Below, one piece after another: positions 52,001 to 64,000 of a stretch of DNA of 64,000 nucleotides. The notes under the pieces were generated by a model. It was given only the letters and a program-made list of their open reading frames with translations. It was not told where the DNA came from and searched no databases. Source of the DNA: Tubulanus polymorphus. Taxonomy: Eukaryota; Animalia; Nemertea. The first letter of the stretch is position 1; the number at the start of each line of letters is the position of its first letter. The stretch covers positions 11,478,655 through 11,542,654 of the forward strand of contig NC_134033.1 of NCBI RefSeq assembly GCF_964204645.1. Direction: 5' to 3'. A program made the translations under genes and the position numbers.

Positions 52001-53710
52001 AGAAACCAGTGAAAGAACCACGTGGCTTTACACATATCGAGGCTTAATTAAATTTCATTAACACTTCAAATAAACGAATATTGATTCTTGTTAACGTGTA
52101 TCTTTTTCATTACAGCTCGCATAACGATATAGGAATGAAGAGATTGAAGAGGAATGATTGAGTTGTATTTTGAGAGGAGCACCGATAACAACATTGGCTA
52201 CGCGATACATTCAGCATCGGGATAACTGATGAAAAAAACTGCAGTACAGAATTTCAACCTCAATCCGAGATAAATCCATTTTCTACGCGTTATTCGTTCA
52301 GATTTGATAACAGAATCGTTTTCTTCAGGATCGCATTCAAAAACAGATACCTACGCAGCCTCATTTCATATTCCCACTTCACCAAGAACCTTAGTGTCAG
52401 ACGTACAATGGGATCGTAGAGCGACAGAGATCACTGTGGAGGCAACCTCCGCTGGTTGAAATTCCCACTCAAAATCAGGAGAAATGAGACAGGAGAATTT
52501 CAAAACATTTCGAAGATATCAGTTCCACGGATGATTTCTTTTACTTTACTAAAAATGACTGAAAATCATAACTTTACTTTACTCCACTATAAAGTTCCAC
52601 AGTTCTGAGTTTGAGAGTTAAAACATTGAAAACTAATTTCAACTCAGAGTTAACTCGAATTCCCCACCAGGAAACTGGATCCAGAGGCGTATCTCATACA
52701 GTGGAATTAAGAATTACTGTTTGGCAAGTAATCATTGTTAGTATCTGCGATATAAAATGATTCATGTCTTATTGACTAAACTCTGCGATCAACCTCGACT
52801 GCGGTGACGATGGCGGTGGCAGCAAACTGAGAGCCTGTACTCAAATATTGACAGGGCACTCTAGCGCTACTGGAATCGATATCACAGATAATAAGAATTC
52901 ATCAAGATTTCTCAAACTGCTGATGAATGCGGCGATGTATTAAGCTGGGTGCAAAATTATTCCGTTTACTTTGTGAAGAGAACAGATCAAAAACAGCGTT
53001 GTATATATTAACCCTTTCCAGCACGAGGACAATTCCCACTATATACAGATTTAGGAGTTTTAAAAGATTTAGAAGTTTGAGAAATCGAGAATTTATTCCA
53101 TCAAAAATAATCAAAAAGACTCAACATTTCGACCTCACACTATCAATACACCTTTATCAATATATAACCTATATGAGTGTGTCAACTTTGAAACCACAAC
53201 ATATTCTCAATCTACCGAAGAGAAAATAGAGTGTTTTAAGCCACCGTAACTCCTAACAAGAAAAACCCGTTTCATCGCTTAAACCGTCAGGAGATTGTAA
53301 ATTTTCATTATCCGTGCCCGTCGGCAAATTTTCCAATTAATTTCGACGACAAGAACCACCTATTCAATCTCTCCACAGCCCTGTAATTTATAATACAACC
53401 AAGACAACGTTATATATATACATATAAGACGTTGAGGGTGAAACTATTCTGCTTATACAGGATCCGTCGTTTAATCAAACAAATACAATTCATAAAACTT
53501 AAATCCTAATAATCAATCATACACTTCACACTTGATCAAACTATCTGCAATATGTCGACATTTTCGGCTTTGCCGACAATAATCGAGAAAATTCACATTG
53601 AATTGCAAACGATGCATATTTACAACATACTTTCGCAAATACAATCGAGAAAACGTCCACAGATTTAAAGTTGAGTTGCACAGTTAGGGATTAGAATCAT
53701 GCTACAGCCC

Positions 53711-54296
53711 TTCAAACATTTACAATCATAGAGCGAAGTCTGTCCTGATAAAAATACTAAATTTCAAAGTGTTTACAGTCCATCCATGCATTAGTTAATT
53801 TTCAATCAAAAATGTCAGTAATTGTCAGTGGTGAATTCATGAACATGTGTGAGGACTGGTAAAACAAATATCTGAGGGTTGCAGACAGTTGATCGATAAC
53901 GATATATCAGTCCATCTTTAGTTTTATAGCCAATCTTACAATGATACGGAAATGGAAAGTTGACTACTTCCTTCTCCGTTCATCCCATTCAAACATTCAC
54001 AATTGTAGTGCGAAGTCTAGGCAATCTGTGCTGATAAAAATGCTAAATTTCTAAGTGTTTTGCAGTCCATTCATTAGTTCATTTTGAATTAAAAACGTCA
54101 GTAATTGTCAGTGGTGAATTCATGAACACGTGTGAGGACTGGTAAAACATATATCTGAGGGGTGCAGGGTCCAGACAGTTGAGGGGTGCAGGGTCCAGAC
54201 AGTTGAGGGGTGCAGGGTCCAGACAGTTGATCAATTATCGCTTTAGCCAATCTAACAATGACGGAAAAGGAAAGTTGACTACTTCCTTGTCCGTTC
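53711..54296 (+). repeat. ~277-bp tandem duplication; second copy contains a 24-bp x3 expansion (54156-54227)
   Basis: 53711-53987 vs 53988-54296 share GTCAGTAATTGTCAGTGGTGAATTCATGAACA and GGAAAGTTGACTACTTCCTT; (TGAGGGGTGCAGGGTCCAGACAGT)x3. Confidence 0.9.
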
Positions 54297-54889
54297 GATC
54301 AATTTAAAATTACGTCCTTGGAACGAGCTACGAAGCGAATTCGGAAGGCTGTAAATCCGGCTTTAATCGCTGTCTACATCCTGCCAGCTTTGTCATTATT
54401 CGCTCAGTCAATTAGGCGCGGAAATTTGCGCGCAAATTCCACTTGGCCGTAAACGTCTTCAACAACAAACTAAAAGCCGATAAGAATTCGTGGATAGCTA
54501 TGTATGTGTACACGCACTACCAGGCAGGTAAGTGGTTAGCGGCAAGCTCATATGAAATAGCACTCTGGAAATTAGTAAGTCCATTTGATAACAGACTTCG
54601 CGAGTTATTTCATATTTCCTGCTAGGCAAACATGGATTTCGTTGAGTTGTTCATCATTTTGCCTTTGAAGCGCGATATACATATCTTCAATAATTGCCAT
54701 AACTGTAGTATATAATTGCTCTAACTGTACTGCGCAATTTGTCCAGTTTGTCGCTAATAAATGTCCTTCACCTTTGAACCAGATTTTACAAATCAGTTAT
54801 CCTTATTACGGAAACGGACGTGCTCACAAAGCCGCGGCAGTTGAGGATCCATCAGGTGTGCTAGTAGTTCATCAGGGACGTGTTTTTAA

Positions 54890-55192
54890 CCCTTCGGTTA
54901 CAGGAATGGTTTTTAAGAAGCACTCCTTGACCTAGGGGCGGTTTTCAGAACCCTAACAATGCTTTTGTGCCTGAGAAACTTATTTCAAATTTGTTCTGCT
55001 GATAACAAGTTAATCATACAATTCTCCACATCAGTATAGGTATATATCCATATATCCAGCAAATCTGACGGGAAAAATAGAAAATATGTAGAAATTCTAC
55101 TTCAAATCGAATTTTCAGTCATTTCTCAAAAAGCCAACATCCAAACAGGTATGTAAGAAGGTTTCTGATCAACCAAACCTGTAACTTAAGGG
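54890..55192. mobile_element. Second piggyBac-type MITE family, 303 bp, TTAA TSD
   Basis: TTAA-CCCTTCGGTTACAGG...CCTGTAACTTAAGGG-TTAA (15-bp TIR, 2 mismatches). Confidence 0.8.
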
Positions 55193-58100
55193 TTAATTTC
55201 TCAAGACTTACATAGTCAACATCTTGCATGTACTTAAGCCAGGGACAGTAGGCGCATTACAATATAGTTTTAAAAAATATCTTAATTTTTTTGCCAATTT
55301 TTGTGAGATTTGAACAAATGGTTAACTGGTAATTCCCGTGACAGCGGATTAAGATACCAGTAATGATGTGAATTTTGGCCCAGTCCGATTCAAGTAGACA
55401 ACAGTGCCTGCATTAATGCGCGTAAGCATTGGCTAGGATAATGTGTGCACTAACTATTTCGACCCATATCGTACTTGGACCCAAATTCTTACGCGATGGA
55501 ATCTGCCTTGTGTCCCCTGCTTAGGTCATCTCTCTTCCTCCGTAGTCAAATCAAGACTCAAAAAGTCCATGGTCAAATGCTGTATCGCCATAGTCAGTTT
55601 TAAGACAGCTAAACCGTTGTCAGATTCTAAAACATTGCGTCCAATAAAATGACAATTTACAACATGAAAATTTCCTCGTTACGACATTTGGAAGACGTCA
55701 CCGCCAAGCGCAAGATATACCCACGAAGCTCGAGCTGAACTAACCTTTTCGTAAAACTCAAGAACATGTGATATTTTTATTTCACTATAGAAATCACCAA
55801 TACTTAGAGAGATTGAGAGAGATAGAGAGAGAATTTCATACGGTATTTATGCACATAAAATACACAGGACAAAGAACACATGGAAAGATATAGAGGACTC
55901 ATTTGTTAATAAATCACTGAATAATAATCCAATCATCGATTGTATTTATATCATCACTATAATAGCTACATTATATATTACATATACACTTCTTAATTGT
56001 ATGCTATCCATTGCTAACTTTCATTCGGGGCTCAGGGCCAATATGACAGACCAAAAACCTATTGACCGAAAGCTCCATTATGTTGGCCAACATGAAATAT
56101 AGCAATTGATGACATGTTAATAAACAAATCAATCCGCTATTTCTATAGGCCTTATTCACATGACTCACTGCAGTCATAATGTCCAGTCAAGCGCGCTGTC
56201 TTCTGTGGCTTACTGAAGTTACAAGTCACAGTTGAAAAGACAATATGACATGCGAACAATACATGTGATATCTGTGAATAAGATCTATTGGTTCATAGCT
56301 TACTCAGCTGATATGAGCCTCTGACCAATGAATAAGCAATATGATATTAGCAGCATAGTATTCTCATAATGGCCAAGATGTAGCTGGGCTCATAGTTGTC
56401 AACTATTTTTATGATGTTGACAGTTCAGACTTATATACACACGGTCATTTGAAAACATTTGTCATTTTGAGGAATTGAAAGTAATTTTCACACGTAAAAA
56501 AACAGCTGAGGAGACAATATGACACCTTGCAGTACACCGTACCCGAGTATCGCTACATGATATCAGCATCGATAAGATGTGTTCGCAGTTTATTTATAAG
56601 TAACCATACAAATATTTATCAATAACTGTAACAGCATCATTCCCGAAATCCCCGCGAATAAAAAACAATGTTTAAATTTTAGAATACCCTGTGACGATTG
56701 TTGCAGCAAGAAAGCGATTTTTGATTTGACGTTTGATTCCAGTTGATCGCGCATGGTTACAATGAACCGATCTTAGAGACTGGTTTAAACTTAAACCCGA
56801 GGACTAACTCAATGGACTCATAGTTGAGTTAATACCACAGGTTTAAGTTTAAACTGATCTATAAAACAGGCCTGAGGATTATAAACGGTTCATTACAATA
56901 GGAGTTACTTATGAATCAGAGGCCAAATTCACGAAGTTTGCTCAACAGCGGTCATTTGATCCGTGCGATTCTCTGAAACCAGTGAATTATCTAAGATCAG
57001 TGATGATTAGATCAAATTTGAGAATTAATCCATATATTCCAAAGTCTGGAATCAAGCCTTCAGACTATCACTGCTATAGTATGAAAAGTGTGGAAAAACA
57101 CTTTTTGAATTGGAAGACCGGTGATATGTCTGAATGGGCGGGGCCCAGGCAGCAGATCAATATCTGAATAAGTTTGAAATGCAAGATTTTATCACGGATC
57201 ATTTCAGAATCATCCAAAATCAAATATTTGCTGGACAATACTGATAAAGGCGAATTTTATTATGTAACCGAGCATGATCACTTGGACTGAATGACGCTGA
57301 GATTCTTAGACTTTCAATTTCCGAAGTAAAAACAAATATATATACGTATTTCAGCAAAAAAAAAAAAATTTTATCAATACTAAAAGAGAACAATAAACAA
57401 TTCTTTTCCAAAAATGTACGACTTGTGACCCACTCTATGTTGAGACAATGGAACTAGTTTGACATGAGCATAAAACGCGTTAGTCAGAAAAATCTACTGA
57501 TTGATCGAAAACACCGGAACGGTTTTATAGGTGTATACTATTTCAACCAATAAACCATCCATTCCACAGTCATCAATTAAGATCTGGCTCAAGGAACTCT
57601 AATTCGCAACTGTGGAACTAGATCCAGTTCCACAGTTGTGAGTTTAAGGTAAAATCAGTTCACTTTCAATGAGTTAACTCCGAGTCAAATCTTAACTCAC
57701 AACTGTAGAACTGTGCACCTGGATGCTGGTCTAGAAAACCGGCCCACGGGGTATGTAAGTACAAAAATGTCGGGATGGATCCGACGAAAATGGCACACTA
57801 GACGTAGTACTGATTACTAATTGCGACGATTGATCGCAACAATTTCGCCCTTGTTGGACACTACAAGACGGTCGTTTAGGTTTAAAATACCAATCAGTTT
57901 TTCTACAAATATCGAATGTCTAGTCCGTATAAATTCGCGATAATTTGTTTAAATACTCTCGGCCACGTCGTCGGCCAATCACCAACGGTCGCTTGAGACA
58001 GTTATTTTCAAATGCATTTATATTTTGCGAACGTAAAGTCGAAGTTTCTATTGGCAGGTAAGATCCACGCACGCGCGCAGCGATAACCACAGTTTCTTGT

Positions 58101-58313
58101 CATTACCGCGGAAATAACTGTCGTAGATTATTCGAAAAAACAATATCGGCAGGTAACAACAACGGAAATAATACCGGGCTATGAATGCGAGAAACAGGGA
58201 GAAATGGACAAGGGGGAAATATTGCCATTATCATCATAACTATACATTAACCACATCAGACAAGTCCGGCGAAATGATGAGTCTTGTTGTCACTTTCCAT
58301 TCATTTTTCTACT

Positions 58314-58346
58314 AATATATATATATATATATATACATATATATAT
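58314..58346. repeat. (TA)n microsatellite; others at ~14338, ~58748, ~60083
   Basis: Direct reading of the sequence. Confidence 0.9.
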
Positions 58347-60920
58347 CAGACATATTCACATATACATGCATGTCCAATTCAATCGATTAAAAGCCTCGTC
58401 TAGACTCGAGAGCGAATACAGATTTTGAGTGTCTACACTTATTATTACTATTTTCATATTCAAGTGAAAAAAGAGGCAATCCGATGAGTTGGCGCTGATC
58501 TGATGACGCGCGCCAAAACCGGCAGTTCTCGATCAATCCACATTTGTAAAATCCGGTTTCCTCTTAACGCGACAAACACCGATAAAAACAACACAGAAAT
58601 GACCGGCGTCTAAATTAGCTTACATCTCAGTTTAGACACCAATTAGTGCAGAACGCAGATTGATCGAAAACCCCGTTCAGCCTGACCCTGGTCCAGACGA
58701 GGTTTAACGTTTTACAGTTCATACACGTATACGTGGATATATTGATAATATATATATATATATATACATATATATTTATGGTAATTTGTTTGTTTGTAAC
58801 ATACACGAGCAGCGAGACACACGTCAAAATGCGAATGACAATGAGCAACAAATATATATATATATAGATATAGATATGACACTCGAAACCGACTGCAGAT
58901 TTTCCTATTTATTCATCTGCTAAAAATTGACACAAACACATTTCATTCAGTCGTGAAAAATAACCAATAATGATATAATAATCATCATACAAATCTCACA
59001 GTCACAATTTCATACATGCAGCAATTTCTTCTTTTTTTTCGTCGCCCATTAAAAAAATGAAGAACTGAAACAAGTTCTCACCATCATCGCGTGGACTGAT
59101 ACTGATGTGTTATTGTAGCGAATATCGCGGGTAAAAAATTTTTAGACCCGTAACGAAACTTAACAATAAACCGAATTATCCACGGGCAAATTTGACCGGG
59201 TATAGAAATGCTCGCGCGATTGCATATATTTATTCATTAACTCCAAATCAAATTTTCAAAACACAGCCGTGGAACTGAGAGCTCAACCGCAGTTGCGGGA
59301 TATGCTTCGTATTGTTAGGCAACAATTTCGATTGGGACCTTCTGCGCGTGTATACAAATATACAGAGAAACACCATCTCGACAAAATCAGCAACGTGTGC
59401 GCCGGTAAAATCAATTCAATTTTGCCGCAAACAGCAGCAACAATGGGTAACATTGCGATATTAAACGAAAGTTTGCGGTACTGTTTGAAAAACGGGCCAG
59501 CCCGAACATCGGTACAGGTAAAAATCACCTGTGGTTATATCGAAAACTGTACTGCTATTGCGAAGAAAGAAACTTCTTTTTCAATATTTCTAAGAAGACA
59601 TCGTCTATGGAGGAAGTTCATTTTTTCAGTTAACCGTTTTAAGCTATATACATATCATCGCATCGTATGCAGTTGTTATCAATAATAAGGAAGTTGATTT
59701 GAAAAAACGACGAGACAGGAATGAAGTTCAGACAGATCTCGACGAAAATATCGAAACCTCATTTCTATTAATATAAATCCTGTCAACGTTTCAAATAATG
59801 TATATAGTGATCGGAAGGAAAATGAAAAACCTGGAAAAAGAATTTCATTCTACAGGATCGAGTTCCACAGTTCACGGGTTAAATTTGAAACTTACGAGTC
59901 GAAATATTTCATTTTCAATCAATCGTTTCGCTCTTCGAAGTCAAATGTTAACTCACAACTCTGGAACTGGGTCCTCAGAGAAATAAGAAGCTATATTATA
60001 TAAGATAATATGTAAGAAAGGAGGATTATAAATAAGGCGGGTTGGAAGCACTATTTGTATTATGTATAAAGAGAAGCAGTTCTATATATATATATATAAC
60101 ATATACATCTATGTATATATACATATATACATATGATAGATAGATAATTAGACTAGTTAATAGATACATTAGCAGTAAGGGAATAATTTTCTCGTACTCA
60201 ACGCAAATGCAAATGAATTTCTTCCGTTCAATGATCAGTTAGAAATCAGAAATATAGATAATATAATATATTGCTATCGTATGAAAACGTGATAAGTTTT
60301 TATGGGATATTTTCATTAGAATACTAGCTCATTCACTCGTTTGATAATGCAGTCCGTGATTGATCAAAATGGCAGGATGAATTTCTAGCTGATGAAATTC
60401 AAAACCTGACAATCTTACGAGTCGCAGAATTTCAGCTGATCATCGTTCGTCCTCGAACAATTGCCTTGTCGATAAATCTGATGAAAAACCTATTAGATGC
60501 CTTTTTGCGTGAAAATTGCCCGCATTTTCGATTAAAGAACTGCCTTTCAAAAATTCCTGGCAATGGACTTAAAAATGACTGGTAGAGCATTTCCATAGAA
60601 CACACATTTGACAACCAGTCACCACACTGACCACTGGTCTAATACAAGAACAACCAACAAACTTCGTCAATCACCATTTCTCGGTGGTTTGACAAACGAC
60701 CAGCTCATTTTCACATTCGCGTAATACGCAAAACAAAAGATTAACCGTCAGTAAAACTACTCGATCAGGAATAGAATCTGCGCATCGATCAAATCGATTT
60801 CGGTCAATCCGATAAGCCTTTTTCAATCAAATATTAACCTATTCCAGTCACAGCACGATCCCGGCTAAACCAACGCGGTGACCTTCGCTTTTCTAGACAA
60901 ATAGCGGTGTTCGATCTTAC

Positions 60921-60942
60921 GCATTTCACTCGTGTCAGCCAT
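60921..60942 (-). CDS. Candidate alternative first coding exon of FARP (MADTSEM)
   Basis: CAAG-ATG GCT GAC ACG AGT GAA ATG C|GTAAGA; the phase-1 donor matches the phase-1 acceptor at 36393; CpG-rich surroundings. No homology support. Confidence 0.3.
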
Positions 60943-63900
60943 CTTGGAATACGGTCTGGATTATAGCGATCCTGATCAATCGTCAGACTAGAGGTCGATG
61001 TTATGCAGATCACTGCGTCGGCCATCTTCAAACTAAGTATAAACCTCGGTGACCGTACCTGATCAGACGGTGTTTACGGATAATAATTCCGACTGACGTT
61101 TGTTTTCACTCAGTCGTTAAATCGTGATAACTGAAGTTCGCCCACAGTCTACGTACGTACGTGCGGTCGACCGACCGACATGTCACGAATTGCCTCTTAC
61201 AAACCTCTTACTAATCGTATATAACCGATGATAGTCATTAGGACACAGTAGAAACATTATCAACTAAACTGAGTGCGTTTTATATCCGGCGTATTTCCCA
61301 TTTTCGTTTTTTTTAAATCGTTCACACACTAGATGGTGGCATGTGTAGGGCTCGACTTGACGTTATCAAACGCGGCTCGAAACCAATTTCACGCAATCAT
61401 GAATTTGGAAAATGTCTAATGATTATTCGCGCAATAGAGAAAAAAACTGCGACGACGAAACAAGTCGAAAAGTTTCAAATGAGAGAAAAGAAGCAATATT
61501 TTCACCAGGGTCATGAGACAAATGTTAAGTTTTTTTTAGATATCAACTATCAAATCAATTATCTACTACCATCAGACCATCACAATTTTTTTTTTACCCA
61601 ACAAATATTCTCTAAAATGCAGCATCTGCAATGTGGATATGTTTACTTTGATATTATCTAAACATAAAAAATTTATACGAAAAAGGCAAAAAACTTCTTG
61701 GTCGGGGCTATAGAAAAAAGATCTAGGGCTTCTCAATCCAATTAATTTTGGAGAGCCTTTCGGTCCTCAGCGTTATTATTGACTTTGACATTCATTCATT
61801 ACTCAAACAATATGATTGCACTAATTTGATTCCCAGTGTGATTTTATGAACGATCTTATTATATACAAATGGAATGGCAAATTCTCCTCCTTAGTTCTCA
61901 TATTCTTCATAATACGTACAAAATTTCCACAATTCTAAATTTCAGATCTACATTGCTTTGCCTACCGTTTAGAAAGATATATCTGCGCTACTATTGCCAG
62001 TTTTCAAGCATTTGTACGCTAAAATGCCACAGGATATTTTCTAGACTAACCACAGTTCTTAGGATAAATGAAACTATGTAAAATACAGGGGTGCATTATT
62101 CCGAGCACTATTTCCGAGCCCTTCGTCAACTCAGGAATTTCCGTGTCTCAATTCATAGAAGAGTTTAAGCTTTCAACGGTTAAAATTGAATTTGTCGTCC
62201 TTGTAGAAAACACGAAGTTGCCAATAACAACAGGCGTATTGGAAGCAATTTTTAATTGCTGCGGCCAAATGCAGATTTTGGACAGGTTCTCTAGATATTG
62301 CTGCGGCGAATTTACTTACATTTTTTTCAAAAAGATGGTATTCAAAGAAAAAAGTAAATCATTCAGTAAATTATTGCCGCGGCTGCAGTCGCTGCACTTC
62401 CAACACCACTGAGCAATCAAACCAAAAATGCGAGAGATATACTTTTTCAATCGCTATCTCATTACGAGATCATCCTAAAATTCAAATTTTTTCCCTGAAA
62501 AATGATTGACCTGCACTTAGCATTGCTTCTCCTACTTCTATTCAGGTCCAGAACGCCTTTTGAGATGGCCGAATACCCCTCCTGATAAACATTGAAAATA
62601 AGAACAGAATGACAGAAAATAAAGCGCCTGTTATTAAGTGTATAATGCCTTTCGAAGTTTTTGATTAGATTTTTTTCTCATATATACACAATATATCACA
62701 ATAAAAATACTATTAATATGAAAGTATAGCCATAAATAAATATATATATATGCAAAACACAACAACAAAATACTTAAATCTTTGATTTTACTTTTCACAC
62801 AACCACATATGGGCCAGTGCATACATTGCTTAGATCTTTAACAGGACTGAACTGATTTTGTTCTTATCACCGAAGGATGGATCTAGGAAATGATGAAAGA
62901 CTACGCAGAGGAAATGTTCAGAATTAGGTACAAGCATAGACTTTCTCCAGACTTCTAAGGAAAATATTGGCATGTATATCAATATATCCCTATTTTAAGA
63001 TCAAAAGAGATCAGTCTGACAATTTGTATTATATGATGAACTGAATCCAATCGCGGAAATTTGCGATGAAGGTGTCATCTAGTGACCTGAGAGATGGCGG
63101 TTACTGACTAGTTCAAATATTTCACTCCAGGTGGCAGTACGATCAGGTCCTACATCTATGTATAAAATTGATAATAAATTGCCATGAATCAAGAAATCAT
63201 CGATCAATTAAATATAATATAACAATAAAATAAACGTAAAATAAAATTGACATAAAAACTTTTAAGAAAATATTCTCCTGTAACTGCTAATAAGAACTTG
63301 CATGTAAGAGAAGCACCTACCGAAATCTGACTGACTAGTTTAGCTTAAATCAACTTAAAACAAAATAACAAAACCTATAAATATAATATATACACATATA
63401 CGAAAACCATCACTTTCATAATATACGATATTGATTTCTGGTAATAATAAGCATAATACCAATAATAAAGATGATAAATTAATAGATTTCTTTTTTGAGA
63501 TTTTAGTTTATCCTCGGTATGAAATTTGCATTCACACATTCACATATCTGCGTACGTAGGTTCAATCTAGAATGTCTTAACATGTCAAGCAGTGCGTCTA
63601 GCTCAAGCCTGCTTTGCTTGAGACCAAATCATGAGGGACTGTCAACTGGCGGGTTTAAGTATATCGTAACGATGCCTATCTTCCATAAAGCCCTAGAGCT
63701 GAATAGGGGAGTACTACAACAGCCCCCTGATTACAGTTAGTCCCCAAATTTATTCAGCTTTATGACCAGAGTCAGTTTATCTTCATCATTTGTTAAGAGA
63801 AATCGCCCTTCCGGTCCCAGGTAAGGTTTATCCATTTTATTTCATTCTAGTCAGAATCTTTCTATCTTCAACCAGAATAACACTGAGTGTTCGGTTAAAT

Positions 63901-64000
63901 GTAGATGGCAGCACAGTATGATAGAGTGAAACTCAAGTTTTAATGCATAATGCGATACACTTTTCCATACAGTATGACTGGAAAGAGTGAAAAATGATGG

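Noticed and set aside
53711-54296. Repeats as a CRISPR-like array
   Set aside because: Eukaryotic context; units are contiguous tandem copies without unique spacers.
59269-59685. 138-aa plus-strand ORF
   Set aside because: Non-ATG start, no domain signature, intronic context.
61752-61772. Minus-strand CTGAGGACCGAAAGGCTC hammerhead-like string
   Set aside because: No stem II between the core motifs; better explained as a small hairpin.

Overview
AT-rich eukaryotic (invertebrate metazoan, plausibly lophotrochozoan) genomic DNA with spliceosomal introns; no prokaryotic features. Left part (1-14.9 kb): a tandem segmental duplication (1-4880 vs 11242-14915) brackets two intronless class A peptide-receptor-like GPCR genes. 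The two copies carry reciprocal insertions. Copy 1 has a 2.0-kb foldback element with ~500-bp inverted arms. Copy 2 has a 5'-truncated Penelope-like retroelement (RT thumb + GIY-YIG) whose 3' end falls at the cleavage site of its own minimal hammerhead ribozyme; the empty site is preserved in copy 1. Three 30-35 bp CA...TG palindromes, each between exact 7-bp direct repeats, look like P-superfamily excision footprints. Middle (20.3-36.4 kb, minus strand): 20 exons of a FARP/Cdep-type RhoGEF gene (linker, DH, two PH domains) that join in frame, including a GC-AG intron and a 30-nt microexon. Right part (36.4-64 kb): apparently one very large intron of that gene, rich in MITEs (piggyBac-type TTAA, Harbinger-type CWG), with a candidate internal first exon near 60.9 kb; no FERM exons were found in the window. 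All calls were made by eye, with no database searches.
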